Assembly: GCA_900128395.1 (NCBI GenBank)
Contig: LT649250.1
Location: forward strand, 1-60,466
Reading direction: 5' to 3'
Origin: Stramenopiles sp. TOSAG23-2
Lineage: Eukaryota
Length of the DNA stretch: 60,466 nt
Translations under genes and position numbers: made by a program
In this document: piece after piece, positions 42,961 to 54,737 of the stretch
Layout of the letters: each line of letters begins with the position of its first letter
Numbering within the stretch: position 1 is the stretch's first letter
Notes under the pieces: model-generated
Seen by the model: the letters and a program-made list of their open reading frames with translations, nothing else
Databases searched by the model: none
What the model was told of the DNA's origin: nothing

Positions 42961-43256
42961 GATAATATTGTAGACCTGGTATATACGAGGAGTGCTGGAG
43001 TGCTGGAGTGCTGGAGTGCTGGCCCAGCTGGGTTGCTGAAGCCAGAAAGAACCGGAGACAGAACGACAGAAGAACGAAAAAACAACAACAAAAAAAAACA
43101 ACACAAAGAAGTGCCAAAAACTTTTATTAATACAACAAATATATATATATATATACATTTACACATAACCTATACACAGACATAAACACAAACAGACACC
43201 CTGTAAATATTTATAGTAAATAATATCAAAAATATAATAGTACAACTGCAAGAAAA

Positions 43257-43892
43257 ATGTACAAGAAGGAAAAAGTACAAAAAATGTATAGAATAAGTAT
43301 ATTTATTATTACCTTTTTCATTGCATCAACTATTAATAATGTTTTGTCCTCCTTGCCTTTACGGAATACTATAGATAATAATAATAAATATAAAATAGAA
43401 TTATATGATCCACGACATCGTTCAGACGATGGATGGGATAAAATAGAGTACTATACAAAGTCTCGTCTTTCATTGTCACAAAATTCATTTTCGTTTTTGC
43501 AAGAAAGCGCGAGTGCGGACCCAGATCCACAAGCACTTGGGCCAGCAAGACTTGATTGCGACTGTACATTTAAGAAAGCAAATCCAACTGGTAGACCAGA
43601 TAGTCAATATCACTATGGTAAAATACCAAATCAAAAAGTAAACTATTTAAGTGATCAAAAATTAAGAAACGTAATTAAATCGGAAGCAGCGGCTGGTTCC
43701 AAAGTTCCAGAAATCAGAAACATTGACTTAGCAACTGGTAAAATAATTAAGCATCATGGTGGTAACGTGAATAAAGCACAAAATAGTATTTATAAGGATA
43801 CTGATGGCACTTCCTTTATGGAAATAAATGAAGAAAAGCTCACGTTTGAATTTTTATTACCAGAAGAAGAGGATGATGACGAGAAGAAGTGA
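43257..43892 (+). CDS. Hypothetical secreted protein
   Basis: 211-aa ORF with a hydrophobic signal-like N-terminus (ISIFIITFFIASTI) and an acidic C-terminus. Confidence 0.65.
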   Translation: MYKKEKVQKMYRISIFIITFFIASTINNVLSSLPLRNTIDNNNKYKIELYDPRHRSDDGWDKIEYYTKSRLSLSQNSFSFLQESASADPDPQALGPARLDCDCTFKKANPTGRPDSQYHYGKIPNQKVNYLSDQKLRNVIKSEAAAGSKVPEIRNIDLATGKIIKHHGGNVNKAQNSIYKDTDGTSFMEINEEKLTFEFLLPEEEDDDEKK

Positions 43893-44151
43893 GAAGAAAA
43901 TTGGGGGGGGGGGAGAGAAAAATGTACATGATGTGTGAGAAATTTTTTCGCATGTATATATAAAAACATATATTTTTTTACGTATAAAATAAAATAAAAA
44001 GCGCTCAACAAAGAATATTTTAAAATACGAGTTCGTACGAACGTATATTTTTACATATTTTCTCTCTCTATTTTAGTATAAAACGCAACACAATCTCTTC
44101 AAATTTGTATGGGATAAAAAATACATCTCATATCCTCTCGAAAAATATTTT

Positions 44152-46608
44152 TTATACTGGATTTGGCCTTCTTTGCTTTAACAATGTTAAAGCTTCACGG
44201 TGGTTTCCTTGCTTTAATCGTAAGTAAAGAAATGCTCTTAAAATCTCTGAGGAAGATGGATTTAATGCCAATGCTCGATTGAGAGAACTTTCTGCATTTT
44301 CCAAATCACCAATCTGCAAGCGGACAGCAGCAACATTTACACATAATGCAGCACGTGCTTGTGCACTAAAAGGATTTTCAGCAATTGTCGATGGCAAATC
44401 TGAATTAGTAGATCTAAATATACCATCATCCTCCTGGCCTTCAGATGCATCCTTCTTAAATGCTTCCGTTACACGATCTAATGCTTCGTCTGGGCGATTC
44501 ATCATACATAATGCTTCAGCAGCATATGTGCGACCTAATAATTTATGCCCAGCACTGCATGGTGGTGAGGAAGATAATAATTCCTCCGTTGATTTTAATG
44601 TTAATGTTGGATTACGAATCACTAAGCCACAATAACCAAGACCAACCAATGCACTTTGTCTTAATACGATTAAACGTTTTTTGCTTTCTTTCACCTCTTC
44701 ATTGTCCTCCTCGTCTTCGCGGTCATCACCAACGGTATCAAACCTATTCTTGTTACTATTACTATCATCAATATTAGCTCCACCTTTGTTATCGGTGTTA
44801 TTATTACCACTAGCAGAACCTTTTGCTTCCGTCATAAATAAAACATTTTTTAAGCATGCGATTGCAAATTCAATGGACATTTCTCCATCCCCAGCACGTG
44901 CTGGTATGCCACCACTTTTCTTCCTATTATTTTTAGGCAATAAAATACGCCTAGAGGTAATATTACCATCACCAACTACTGACTCGACTAAATCATTTTT
45001 AAATCTAGCTAAATTTTCATCTGCATCTTTTAATGTAACACCATGAGATGATGCTGCAAATGCTTCGGCTTGTACTTGATTTTGACGCTTTTCATTTTCT
45101 ATCATGCAACACTCTGCAATTCTTAACCATAAATGGGGTCGATCTTTTTGATATTTAGCCGCTTCTATAAAGCATTGAAATGCAAGATTTACATCTTCCC
45201 CAGATACTAAAAGTTGTATACCAGCATTGTATACAATATCACTACTAATGCTTAAATCAGCACCTGCACTTAATGCTTTGGAAAAGTATAGTGCCGCTGT
45301 GCGGTAACGCCCAGTGCTAAAGTGTATGCATCCCATATTGTTCAAATATAACGCAGAGGCTTGTTCGTTCACTTCGCTGCATGAATTTAACAATTTAATA
45401 CTTTTTTTGTAATTTGCACGTAAATATTCCAAATTTGCTTTTAAAAATAAACCTGTCGTATTATCAGGCAGTGGATCATCCCCAATCGAACCTGGGGGTA
45501 AATCCTTTAATTGCTTTTGATAAATTTCTAATGCACTTTTCACTTCCTTCTTTGCACGTTGGACGTTCCAACGTATTAATTCAAATTGCGCTTTATATAA
45601 TCGTAATTTAAAATGAAAAACTATTGACATGGGAGATAGCTCAGTTTTACTTTTACTATCGTTTTCACCATTTTCTTGTGCGTTATTATTATTATTACTA
45701 TTGTTATTATTATTACTCGCATCGTTGCTATTATTATTGTTGTTATTATTGTTGCTATTGCTGCTGTTGTTGTTGTTATTGCTGCTGTCTTCCATTTCTT
45801 CTGCATATTTTTCCAAATAATCAATAACTTTTGCTGCATTGTCTTGCATTTCCGTCATGCTTCCGTTAATGTTTTGGTTTCCACGAAATAAATTAATATA
45901 AACTTCTAATAATAAAGTGCACGTTTTCAATGCTATTGGCTCTTCCAATAACATTATATTTGAAAAAAGTGTTTCCAATGTCTTCAACGCTAATGATGTA
46001 CGTTTCATTTTGATCAACACGGTTGCTTGGTTCAACATCAAAATGGACATTAATGGATCGCCAGCAAATTCATCTTCATCAATAACACCACTACTATTAC
46101 CACTTTCTTTATTTAAATCGTCTTCACCATTATTACTATTATTGTTATTTGTATCTGACGAGTTACCACCTTCATCTTTTGAATTGTCACCGCTATTTTT
46201 TGAGTCTGTTAGACTCTCGTCGCCATTACCATTGCTACTACTGGTAGTAGTACTAAGGTCCGATAAGCTTTGCTTTGCAGCTTCTTTTTTTAACTTTGCA
46301 AGTTCTTGTAGAAAAAAATGTGCACTACCTTGTTTATTACTAACACGTTGATGATACTCACAAAGTGCAATATTATGACTAACTTTTAAACCACGTTCAC
46401 CTTTTTCTATTAAACTATCTACTATAGATTTTAATACAGTAATACAATTATCATATTTTTCGTTGTCAAAAAAAGCTTTTGCTTTTGTTGCTAATTGTCT
46501 AAGTTTTATTTTTTCTTGATTGTCAGCTTTACTATTATTACTATCTGTATTATTTCCTTGTTCATTATTCCCTTTCATAGTACTATCATTTGACTGTTGC
46601 GTTGCCAT
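44152..46608 (-). CDS. CNOT10: CCR4-NOT complex subunit 10
   Basis: FLKANLEYLRANYKKSIKLL, YLNNMGCIHF, YNAGIQLL, PHLWLRIAECC and YAAEAL motifs in a TPR-like scaffold. Confidence 0.88.
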   Translation of the reverse strand: MATQQSNDSTMKGNNEQGNNTDSNNSKADNQEKIKLRQLATKAKAFFDNEKYDNCITVLKSIVDSLIEKGERGLKVSHNIALCEYHQRVSNKQGSAHFFLQELAKLKKEAAKQSLSDLSTTTSSSNGNGDESLTDSKNSGDNSKDEGGNSSDTNNNNSNNGEDDLNKESGNSSGVIDEDEFAGDPLMSILMLNQATVLIKMKRTSLALKTLETLFSNIMLLEEPIALKTCTLLLEVYINLFRGNQNINGSMTEMQDNAAKVIDYLEKYAEEMEDSSNNNNNSSNSNNNNNNNNSNDASNNNNNSNNNNNAQENGENDSKSKTELSPMSIVFHFKLRLYKAQFELIRWNVQRAKKEVKSALEIYQKQLKDLPPGSIGDDPLPDNTTGLFLKANLEYLRANYKKSIKLLNSCSEVNEQASALYLNNMGCIHFSTGRYRTAALYFSKALSAGADLSISSDIVYNAGIQLLVSGEDVNLAFQCFIEAAKYQKDRPHLWLRIAECCMIENEKRQNQVQAEAFAASSHGVTLKDADENLARFKNDLVESVVGDGNITSRRILLPKNNRKKSGGIPARAGDGEMSIEFAIACLKNVLFMTEAKGSASGNNNTDNKGGANIDDSNSNKNRFDTVGDDREDEEDNEEVKESKKRLIVLRQSALVGLGYCGLVIRNPTLTLKSTEELLSSSPPCSAGHKLLGRTYAAEALCMMNRPDEALDRVTEAFKKDASEGQEDDGIFRSTNSDLPSTIAENPFSAQARAALCVNVAAVRLQIGDLENAESSLNRALALNPSSSEILRAFLYLRLKQGNHREALTLLKQRRPNPV

Positions 46609-47461
46609 AATAAAGATGAAGATATTATTATTATTATTATTCTTTCAAGATCCACAACAAATAAGTATATATATTATATATTATTATATATATATATCAT
46701 GAAGTGTTCACTGTTCTTCCAGACTATCTGAATATCTCCCAATTTGCATTGAATTGTATATGAAGTATGAAAGTTTTCATTCAACATGATGAACATTAGT
46801 AGACTAATTATATAATAATAAATCTAATAATAATAATAATAAATACAAAAAAGATCGTCGTCTTATTCATTTTATTACCTGGTGGTATTTTATTAAAAAT
46901 ATAAAAGTTATTAGAAGCAAATAAGAGAAGGACTATGGTTGGTGGTGCTGGAAACAATGATACGATTTATAGCTTAGACTAGTAATTAGTATATAGGATC
47001 ATTCCTATCAGAGTGGCAGAAAGCAGCACACAGCAGTAGCACAGTAGCACGAGAGCAATATTCAGCTAGAGAGCTGGGAGAGCGAGAGAATACAATGCAA
47101 TGCTAAGGAATGCTGGAGAAGGCCAGATCGTTATTTCTTTATCTTTGGTGTTAAATTGTACATTGTACTTGTTAGTATATTCACCCCATTCACATCGCAA
47201 ACAACATTTTGCAAATCGTATTCCTGGTATTCCTGGTATTCGTCGTTTGAAAAAAATAGAAAGAAGAAGTCTTTAAAAAAAATAGTTATTATTAATAGTA
47301 TATATATTTATCTAATACTTCCAACATAGATAGAGAAACATATTATTGCAAATTATTGTTTTGTTTTATCATTTAGTAGCTGATATATATATATATATAT
47401 ACATTTTAATTATTCATATATATAGAACACACACACACACACATATAAATAAATAAGAATC

Positions 47462-49855
47462 ATGTCTGGTGTTGTCTTTGCTTCCCATAATATTAATGGT
47501 GCAACATCTAGATTGCAAAAAAATAAAAAAAAGAAAAAAACAACTAAGAAACTAACTATTAAAGCATTTAAACGTAAGCCTAAATTACCAGATAATTTTG
47601 AAGCGGAGACATGGAAGAAATTGCAAGGGGCAGTATTGGCAATATACAGTGAAAATCCAGTCTCAGCTAGCCGCGAGGATTTATATCGTGCAGCAGAGGA
47701 TATGTGTATGCATAAAATGTCACAACGTTTATATTTAAATTTAAAACAAGAATTTGAAACGCAAACACGTAAAGTTATGGAACAAATGATTGATGTTTTA
47801 AACAATGCTACTGGAACGACGGAGACATCTTTCATTGCTAAGTTCGAAGCATTGTGGTCATCCCATTGTGACCAATGCTTGGCTATACGGTCGATCTTTT
47901 TGTATCTAGATCGCACTTACGTATTGCAAAATGCTGGTAGCACCGGTATACGTTCATTATGGGATATGGCAGTTGTATTATTTCGTGATAATTTAGCTGC
48001 GGTGCCAGATGTACAAAAACGCATAGTGGATAGTGTACTTGCCCTTATACGTGGTGAACGGAATGGCGAAAGCATGAATCGGCCTCTTGTACGCAAGGTA
48101 TTGAGGGTATTTACTACGTTAGGAATATATAAGAATATTTTTGAACATTTATTTTTAGAAAAATCAAAACTTTTCTATGCAGCGGATGGTGTACGGCGCA
48201 TGTCAGAAATGGCAATTCCAGATTATTTAGGCCATGTCCAAAAACGTTTAAACGAAGAAGCTGAACGTGTGATGACATATTTGGACCCATCAACACGCTT
48301 GCCATTGCTACGTTTGTTAGAGACTCAATTATTGCAGAAACACGTGGATAATATGTTGGAGAAAGGATTTGATAATTTACTGGATAAAAATCGTGTCGAT
48401 GATTTATCGTTGATGCATAATTTATTTAATCGGGTAGATGGTGTTGATGCTGAACGTAATGCATTTTCAAAATATATTAAAAAAACCGGGGAGAAAATTG
48501 TAAATGCAAAAGATCAAGACAAGCAAATGGTCCAATCTTTATTAGATTTAAAAGATAAGCTGGATCTTATATTGCTCAAAGCGTTTAATAAAGAGGAAAC
48601 TTTTACATATGCATTAAAAGGTGCATTTGAATATTTTATAAACATACGGCAAAATCGTCCTGCGGAAATGTTAGCAAAATATGTTGATCAACGTTTACGT
48701 ACTGGCCGTGTCAATGTTACCAACAACAGGGCGAATAATAGCAATAGCGGCAGTGTTTCCGCTGCTGCTGCTACTACTACTACTACGACCACTACAACAT
48801 CAACTACTGCTGTAGATAGGGAAATTGCTGCAATGGGTGGTGACGATGAAATGGAAACCGTTTTAAATCGTGTTATGGTATTATTTCGTTATATTAATGG
48901 AAAAGATGTCTTTGAGGCATTTTATAAAAAAGATCTTGCAAAACGTTTGTTGTTAAATAAAAGTTCCTCCTTTGATCTGGAGAAAAGCATGATATCGAAA
49001 TTAAAAACAGAATGTGGTGCATCATTTACTACGAAGTTGGAAGGTATGTTTAAAGACATGACATTATCAGTTGAAACCATGCAATCCTTTCAAGTATCAA
49101 AAGAAGCAAAGGAATATTCAAATGAATTAGATATGCATGTGCATGTATTAAGAACCGGATTTTGGCCTACCTACCCACCTATGGAAATGAAATTGCCAGA
49201 AAAAGTTTCAAATGCACAAAAAGTCTTTCAAAGTTTTTATGGAGAAAAGTATCAAGGTCGTAAATTATATTGGCAACATTCTTTAGCTACATGTGTTGTT
49301 AAAGGGAAATTTCCGAGAAGTTCACATGAATTCAATGTCTCATTGTTTCAAGCTAGTATATTAATATTATTTAATAATTTAAAGGAAGGTGACAAAATCA
49401 CATTTAAAGAAATTAAAGAGCTAGTTGGCATTGAAGAGAAGGAACTTAAACGCACGTTGCAATCATTGGCATGCGCAAAAATTCGTCCAATCAAGAAGAG
49501 ACCGAAAGGAAAAGAGGTGAAAGAGGATGATTACTTTATAGTTGCGCATGATTTTAAAAATGCGCGTTTTAAATTAAAAATTAATCAAATACAAGTTAAG
49601 GAGACGAAGGAAGAAAATAAGGAAACAAATGAAAAAGTATTTAGAGATCGGTTGCATCAAGCAGATGCATGCATTGTACGTATTATGAAAACTAGAAAAA
49701 CATTATCGCATAGTGATTTGATGTCAGAAACATTAAATCAAATTAAATTTCCTGCCAAAGGCAGTGACATAAAAAAAAGAATTGAATCGCTAATTGATCG
49801 AGAATATATTGAACGACATGAAGATAATCCACAGATGTATAATTATCTTGCTTAA
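47462..49855 (+). CDS. CUL4: Cullin-4
   Basis: KKLTIKAFKRKPKLPDNFE..TW.KL, IRSIFLYLDRTYVLQ, GKDVFEAFYKKDLAKRLL, and neddylation region DACIVRIMKTRK..KKRIESLIDREY..YNYLA. Confidence 0.95.
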   Translation: MSGVVFASHNINGATSRLQKNKKKKKTTKKLTIKAFKRKPKLPDNFEAETWKKLQGAVLAIYSENPVSASREDLYRAAEDMCMHKMSQRLYLNLKQEFETQTRKVMEQMIDVLNNATGTTETSFIAKFEALWSSHCDQCLAIRSIFLYLDRTYVLQNAGSTGIRSLWDMAVVLFRDNLAAVPDVQKRIVDSVLALIRGERNGESMNRPLVRKVLRVFTTLGIYKNIFEHLFLEKSKLFYAADGVRRMSEMAIPDYLGHVQKRLNEEAERVMTYLDPSTRLPLLRLLETQLLQKHVDNMLEKGFDNLLDKNRVDDLSLMHNLFNRVDGVDAERNAFSKYIKKTGEKIVNAKDQDKQMVQSLLDLKDKLDLILLKAFNKEETFTYALKGAFEYFINIRQNRPAEMLAKYVDQRLRTGRVNVTNNRANNSNSGSVSAAAATTTTTTTTTSTTAVDREIAAMGGDDEMETVLNRVMVLFRYINGKDVFEAFYKKDLAKRLLLNKSSSFDLEKSMISKLKTECGASFTTKLEGMFKDMTLSVETMQSFQVSKEAKEYSNELDMHVHVLRTGFWPTYPPMEMKLPEKVSNAQKVFQSFYGEKYQGRKLYWQHSLATCVVKGKFPRSSHEFNVSLFQASILILFNNLKEGDKITFKEIKELVGIEEKELKRTLQSLACAKIRPIKKRPKGKEVKEDDYFIVAHDFKNARFKLKINQIQVKETKEENKETNEKVFRDRLHQADACIVRIMKTRKTLSHSDLMSETLNQIKFPAKGSDIKKRIESLIDREYIERHEDNPQMYNYLA

Positions 49856-50073
49856 AATGTATATATGAAAACGAGTATGTATATATATATATATAATATA
49901 TGAATATGACATTTTACGAATATATATATGATATTTTTATATCTAGACTAAACCTGTCCGTGTCTTTCTTCTCTCTCCCTCTCTCAGTTTTTGTCGAAAA
50001 TATACTAGTTATGGCATTTCTGTATATATATATATCAAAATATACTATCAACGAATCGCGGTAATAATTATAT

Positions 50074-50547
50074 TTATCCTACAATACCAACGATACCAGC
50101 TCCAACAATCGGACCAGAGTTACCGTCAATTAAAGAATTTTCATGACCACCTTTACCAAGATCGTCTTCCGAAGCATGGATGGCAATAGAACGTCCGATA
50201 ATAGATTGCGGTCCAATTAATTTTACTAAGTTATCTGAAATATCAACTTTTGCTAAACCATCATCATTTGCTTCAATATTACCAAGACTTCCTACATGGC
50301 GTGTGTCGTCAGCTGGCGCGCCGTGATTTTTTCCAAAAGGGTTGAAATGCGAGCCTAATGAGGTAAACCCTTGGCTTAAGTTCCCATATACATTGATTGA
50401 TAAACCATGTTTGCCTGGAGCAAGTCCTTTAATTTCACCGGAAATAGAAGTTGGTGCATCTTCCGATGCTTGTTCAAACATTAAATAACCTTCAAGGGTA
50501 TCTTTATTTTCTTCCCCGCCAACGAATACTGCTACTGATTTTGCCAT
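50074..50547 (-). CDS. Cu/Zn superoxide dismutase-like protein lacking several catalytic residues
   Basis: SOD1-fold motifs GLAPGKHG, HFNPFGKNHGAP, RHVGSLGNI and SIIGRSIAIHASEDDLGKGG. Confidence 0.85.
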   Translation of the reverse strand: MAKSVAVFVGGEENKDTLEGYLMFEQASEDAPTSISGEIKGLAPGKHGLSINVYGNLSQGFTSLGSHFNPFGKNHGAPADDTRHVGSLGNIEANDDGLAKVDISDNLVKLIGPQSIIGRSIAIHASEDDLGKGGHENSLIDGNSGPIVGAGIVGIVG

Positions 50548-51266
50548 CTTGTTTTTCTTTATTTTATTATTATTACTACTATTAATATTATTGCTGTTTG
50601 CTATTATTAGTTACTATTAATAATATTTGTTCATGTGACTTTTCTTTTTCCTTCTACATTTTTATCTCTTATTATTGTATTTTGTCTTATTCATTTTTTC
50701 AAAACATGTTGTATATCGATTTATTCGAGTAGTATATTAACACTACACATCATTGGAATTGAATGGCTGGTTGAAAAAAGAAGATTTTTTGATGCCATGT
50801 TCTCGTTGTCTTCCATCATATTCCAACATAAGGTCTTCTCGTCAGGCCGGTTACGTGATAGGTAACATTATGTACTTGGTAGTATAATAGTTACAATTTT
50901 TATTGAAATTTCTGAATTTTGTAATAAAAAATAAAACTGTAAAAAAAAAAAGAAGGTCAAAAAAACGTGTGAGATTTTATCTTCAAATTAATTTAAACTA
51001 ATAAAATATCTCACAAAAATAATAAAACGCTTTTGTATATTAAAACCTAATTATCATACTTCGTAAATTCGTATGATATCAGTACAGTCTATGATGGTTA
51101 TGATACTTTTTAAAATATCCAGCATATCTATTTTAATAAAAAATACGAAATTATATAAATATATGATATATCTTTGAGATACATGATTCATATGCATATC
51201 ATAATATTTTTTAATATCAAATATTAAAAAAATATTATAAAAAATAAAACGTGAAAGATTGTTCTA

Positions 51267-52382
51267 CTATTGCCTTGCATATGCTAAAACAATATCTTTC
51301 TTTTTCCATTTATCACGTCTCATTTTTTCTTTCAATAATTTTTCTTTTTTTAATTGTTCTCGTTCCAATTTTTTACGTTCAATTGCTTCCCTATTTTTTC
51401 TTTTTTTCCACATTTCAATTTCAGATGGAGTATCACTAATTAATTTGGCTCTACTTGCTAATAAATAATTGGTTGTATTAATATTTTTAGCTTTTTGTTT
51501 ACTTTCTATATCTTTTTTCGTCATCAACATTACAAGTCTATCACGTTTTACTTTTCTTACCATACGAGCATGATCTCTTTCATTTTGCTCTTTTCTTCTC
51601 AATTCATTTTCTTTTTCTTCTTTTTCTTTTGCTTGTTTTTTTAACCTTTCTTCACGACGTCTATTGTCATATTTCGTTTTCCAATCATTAAACGATTTCG
51701 ACTCTTCTTCTTTTTTATTTTCTTTCTTTCTTTTTTCTAATTCCATTTTCTTCGTTTGTTTCTTTGCAGCAATAGCTTTTTTCCTTGCAGCTTCTTTACG
51801 TTTTTTTGCTTCCCATTCCTCATATGTAACACCAAATTGATACGTATGTCGTTTTGTTTGATCTTTTAAAGCTAACGATTGTGCGTTTACAAGTACATTT
51901 TGTTGTTTACTGGATGATGGGGAGGAAGACGACGTTGAGGATTGCTTTCCAGCAGCACCACCACCAGTTGGGCTATTGCTCTTCCCTCTTGCTTTTTTCT
52001 TATTCAATGCTCTATTGGACAAAAATTTGCTTTCCTTTTGACGAAAATATTCTGGCCAATATCCATCTTCTTCTTTTCTAGTCATACGTTGTTCTTGATT
52101 TATAAATATTGGGTCACGTTCATATTGACCAATATATTTTGCATTATTTTTTTTCTTCCCAATACTTTTACTTCTTGTATTTACAATTGCAGGTTTTCGC
52201 TTGATTCCGTAAAATTCACCATATTGTGATATTGATGAACTATATTCTGTTTGAGAATTGATTGGATTTGTATTTCTAGGTTTTATGTCTTCATATCTAC
52301 TTGGGTTATATGATGTAACAGTCGTTGAAAATGAATTTGCTGTTGGTTTTAAGTTAGTTGTAGCAGCTGTAGTAAATTGCAT
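51267..52382 (-). CDS. K/E/R-rich coiled-coil protein
   Basis: 371-aa ORF. TYEEWEAKK and SFNDWKTK motifs are loosely reminiscent of CCDC34/CCDC181-type proteins. Confidence 0.65.
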   Translation of the reverse strand: MQFTTAATTNLKPTANSFSTTVTSYNPSRYEDIKPRNTNPINSQTEYSSSISQYGEFYGIKRKPAIVNTRSKSIGKKKNNAKYIGQYERDPIFINQEQRMTRKEEDGYWPEYFRQKESKFLSNRALNKKKARGKSNSPTGGGAAGKQSSTSSSSPSSSKQQNVLVNAQSLALKDQTKRHTYQFGVTYEEWEAKKRKEAARKKAIAAKKQTKKMELEKRKKENKKEEESKSFNDWKTKYDNRRREERLKKQAKEKEEKENELRRKEQNERDHARMVRKVKRDRLVMLMTKKDIESKQKAKNINTTNYLLASRAKLISDTPSEIEMWKKRKNREAIERKKLEREQLKKEKLLKEKMRRDKWKKKDIVLAYARQ

Positions 52383-52959
52383 TTTGTTAATAATATAATG
52401 TTTGTTTTTTTTTCGAAATTAATTAATTAAAAATTGCGTGTTATCTCGTTTGAATGATTATATATATATATCTACTTTCTTTTTTTACTTATAATATGCA
52501 TATAATAGAATAATATGTAATAATTTTTTCCTTTTCTTATTATCAATCCAATTATATCAATTTGTTTCCTTTTCTTATTGAATTTTACAAATGATTTTAT
52601 CCATCAAAAAAAGAAGTTTTTTTTAACTGCCGAAATCTGGAAATCTGGAAATCTTCCCTCCGATGGTATTTTATTAACTATGGTCACAGCATTATGAGCT
52701 GAAAGTGATTTCATATTTAAGGATATTTATCAGATGAATGAATCTTGAATCTTGGTGCCTTGTAGGAATAATAGATTGATGATGATAAAATAATATATAT
52801 TAGAACAACATCTACAAGTATAGACGACCTTCTCATCAATAGATGTATATATATATATATAGCATTCCTATGGACGATCAAATCATTCCGTTATAAAGAA
52901 CATAATTCAGGGGAAACGAAAAAAAGTTAGGAGAAATATATATACATAAATACATAAGA

Positions 52960-54000
52960 ATGGCGAAGAAGAAGAAAACAAAGAATAGTAATAATAGTAC
53001 GACAAAAAATAAAAATGATGTATTAATAATTATTCTTATTGCTTGTGTAACATTTTATATTGCTAATTTATATTTCAATAGTGGCCCAAAGTTCATGGAT
53101 TATGAGGAATGTGCTGAGGCAAGTGTATTAACCATTTTAGATTTACCAAAAGCTATCATATCGGATGGATTAAAGAAACTAGATAAGAATTTAAATGCCG
53201 ATTTTGCTGCTAAATTTAACTATCCATCAAGTGTAAAAGGTGTTGCTATAAGTTTAATGAAGTGTGGAAATGCATTTCAAGTGGACCACCCAAATTATGT
53301 TACAGGTGCGTTTGTAATATGTTATATTACGTTGCAAACTTTTGCGATTCCTGGGCCAATCATCTTGAGCGTACTTGCCGGCGTGTTTTACGATAGTGTA
53401 TACGTAGGTGTTGGAATAGTCGCATGTTGCTGCGCTCTCGGTAGTTCTTTATGTTATTTATTATCATATTTTCTAGGCAAACGTTCCTTATACAATTTGA
53501 TACCAACACGTATGGATGAATTTTCAAGTCGTATTGAATCAAACCGTGAAAATTTATTATGGTATATGTTATTTTTGCGATTAACACCATTATTACCTAA
53601 TTGGTTTATCAATGTTGCAAGTCCAATTGTTGGTGTTCCATTATCTCATTTTGCTATTGCAACATTTTTAGGGACAACACCAGCAAATGTTGTTTATTAT
53701 TATGCAGGTACTGTATTAAAAGATCAAGGTGAATTTAATACATCTAAAGGATATAAAAGTATTATTGTGATGACATTATTAGCTGTACTATCTTTAGTAC
53801 CAACAATGTTTAAAAAACAAATTGCTAACATGGAGAAAGAAATGGGTTCTTCTAGTAAAAAAAAAACTGCATCTTCCACGAAAAAAAAATCTACCACTAC
53901 GAAGAAAAGAAGTAGCAGTAGTAATAGGAAGAAAAAAAGTACGACTACTGGTTCAACTAGATCTTCTTCTAGATTACGTAGAAGGAATGCAAAGAAATAA
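52960..54000 (+). CDS. TMEM41/VTT (DedA/SNARE-associated) membrane protein
   Basis: YITLQTFAIPGPIILSVLAG, GSSLCYLLS and LWYMLFLRLTPLLPNWFINVASPIVGVP..F..ATFLG motifs. Confidence 0.92.
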   Translation: MAKKKKTKNSNNSTTKNKNDVLIIILIACVTFYIANLYFNSGPKFMDYEECAEASVLTILDLPKAIISDGLKKLDKNLNADFAAKFNYPSSVKGVAISLMKCGNAFQVDHPNYVTGAFVICYITLQTFAIPGPIILSVLAGVFYDSVYVGVGIVACCCALGSSLCYLLSYFLGKRSLYNLIPTRMDEFSSRIESNRENLLWYMLFLRLTPLLPNWFINVASPIVGVPLSHFAIATFLGTTPANVVYYYAGTVLKDQGEFNTSKGYKSIIVMTLLAVLSLVPTMFKKQIANMEKEMGSSSKKKTASSTKKKSTTTKKRSSSSNRKKKSTTTGSTRSSSRLRRRNAKK

Positions 54001-54003
54001 ATA

Positions 54004-54034
<31 letters not shown>

Positions 54035-54353
54035 TGATATATGATATATAATATAAATAATTAATTAATATATTACAACAAGATGTATATATATATGACA
54101 TATGATACATATGATATTATGATATATTGATGGGGAGAGGAAAATTTAATATATGTGTGCGTCTTAAAGATAAATTAGTTCACACACACCACAGATTACA
54201 CCCTCTCTCTCTCGTGTCTCTATTTAAAAAAAGTGTGGTAATACTAAGATATATATTTATATTTCTGGGAAGTGTAAAATTATTATAACTTATAGATTTT
54301 TAACCATATCATCACACATGTATTTTTTATTATAATATATATATTTCTTTTTT

Positions 54354-54737
54354 TTACTCCTCATTTTTTTCTGTTTTATCATCATCATTGTTATTAGTGG
54401 TCGTATTACTTGGTGGACTATTACTATTACTATTGTTACTAATTTGTACAGCTGCTATGTTTGTCGCTAATAATGTATCTGTTGGGCCAATTGTTATTCC
54501 ATTCCTTGAATTTTCCACAGGTGGATTTCGATTAGATGTATCTGTCGAACTTTCTTGTTCATTACGCCAACTATCAAATAAATGACTCTCTGTTCCAAAC
54601 TCTTCTCTTAGTTTTGTTCTTTTTTCGACTTGCTTTCGTGTTTCATTTTGTAATTTATTTCGTACTTGTAAATTCCTTTCAAAAAATGCACGCGTCCGTT
54701 CATCCACCGTGTTTGTATTGTTTACTAAATCCGTCAT
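54354..54737 (-). CDS. Hypothetical protein (127 aa)
   Basis: ATG-initiated ORF between AT-rich spacers, with composition like neighbouring genes. Confidence 0.55.
   Translation of the reverse strand: MTDLVNNTNTVDERTRAFFERNLQVRNKLQNETRKQVEKRTKLREEFGTESHLFDSWRNEQESSTDTSNRNPPVENSRNGITIGPTDTLLATNIAAVQISNNSNSNSPPSNTTTNNNDDDKTEKNEE

Noticed and set aside
12132-49855. Apparent clustering of ubiquitin-ligase genes (F-box-like, HECT, U-box, cullin-4) and of methyltransferases
   Set aside because: These families are large in eukaryotes and are interspersed with unrelated genes, so there is no evidence of a functional cluster.
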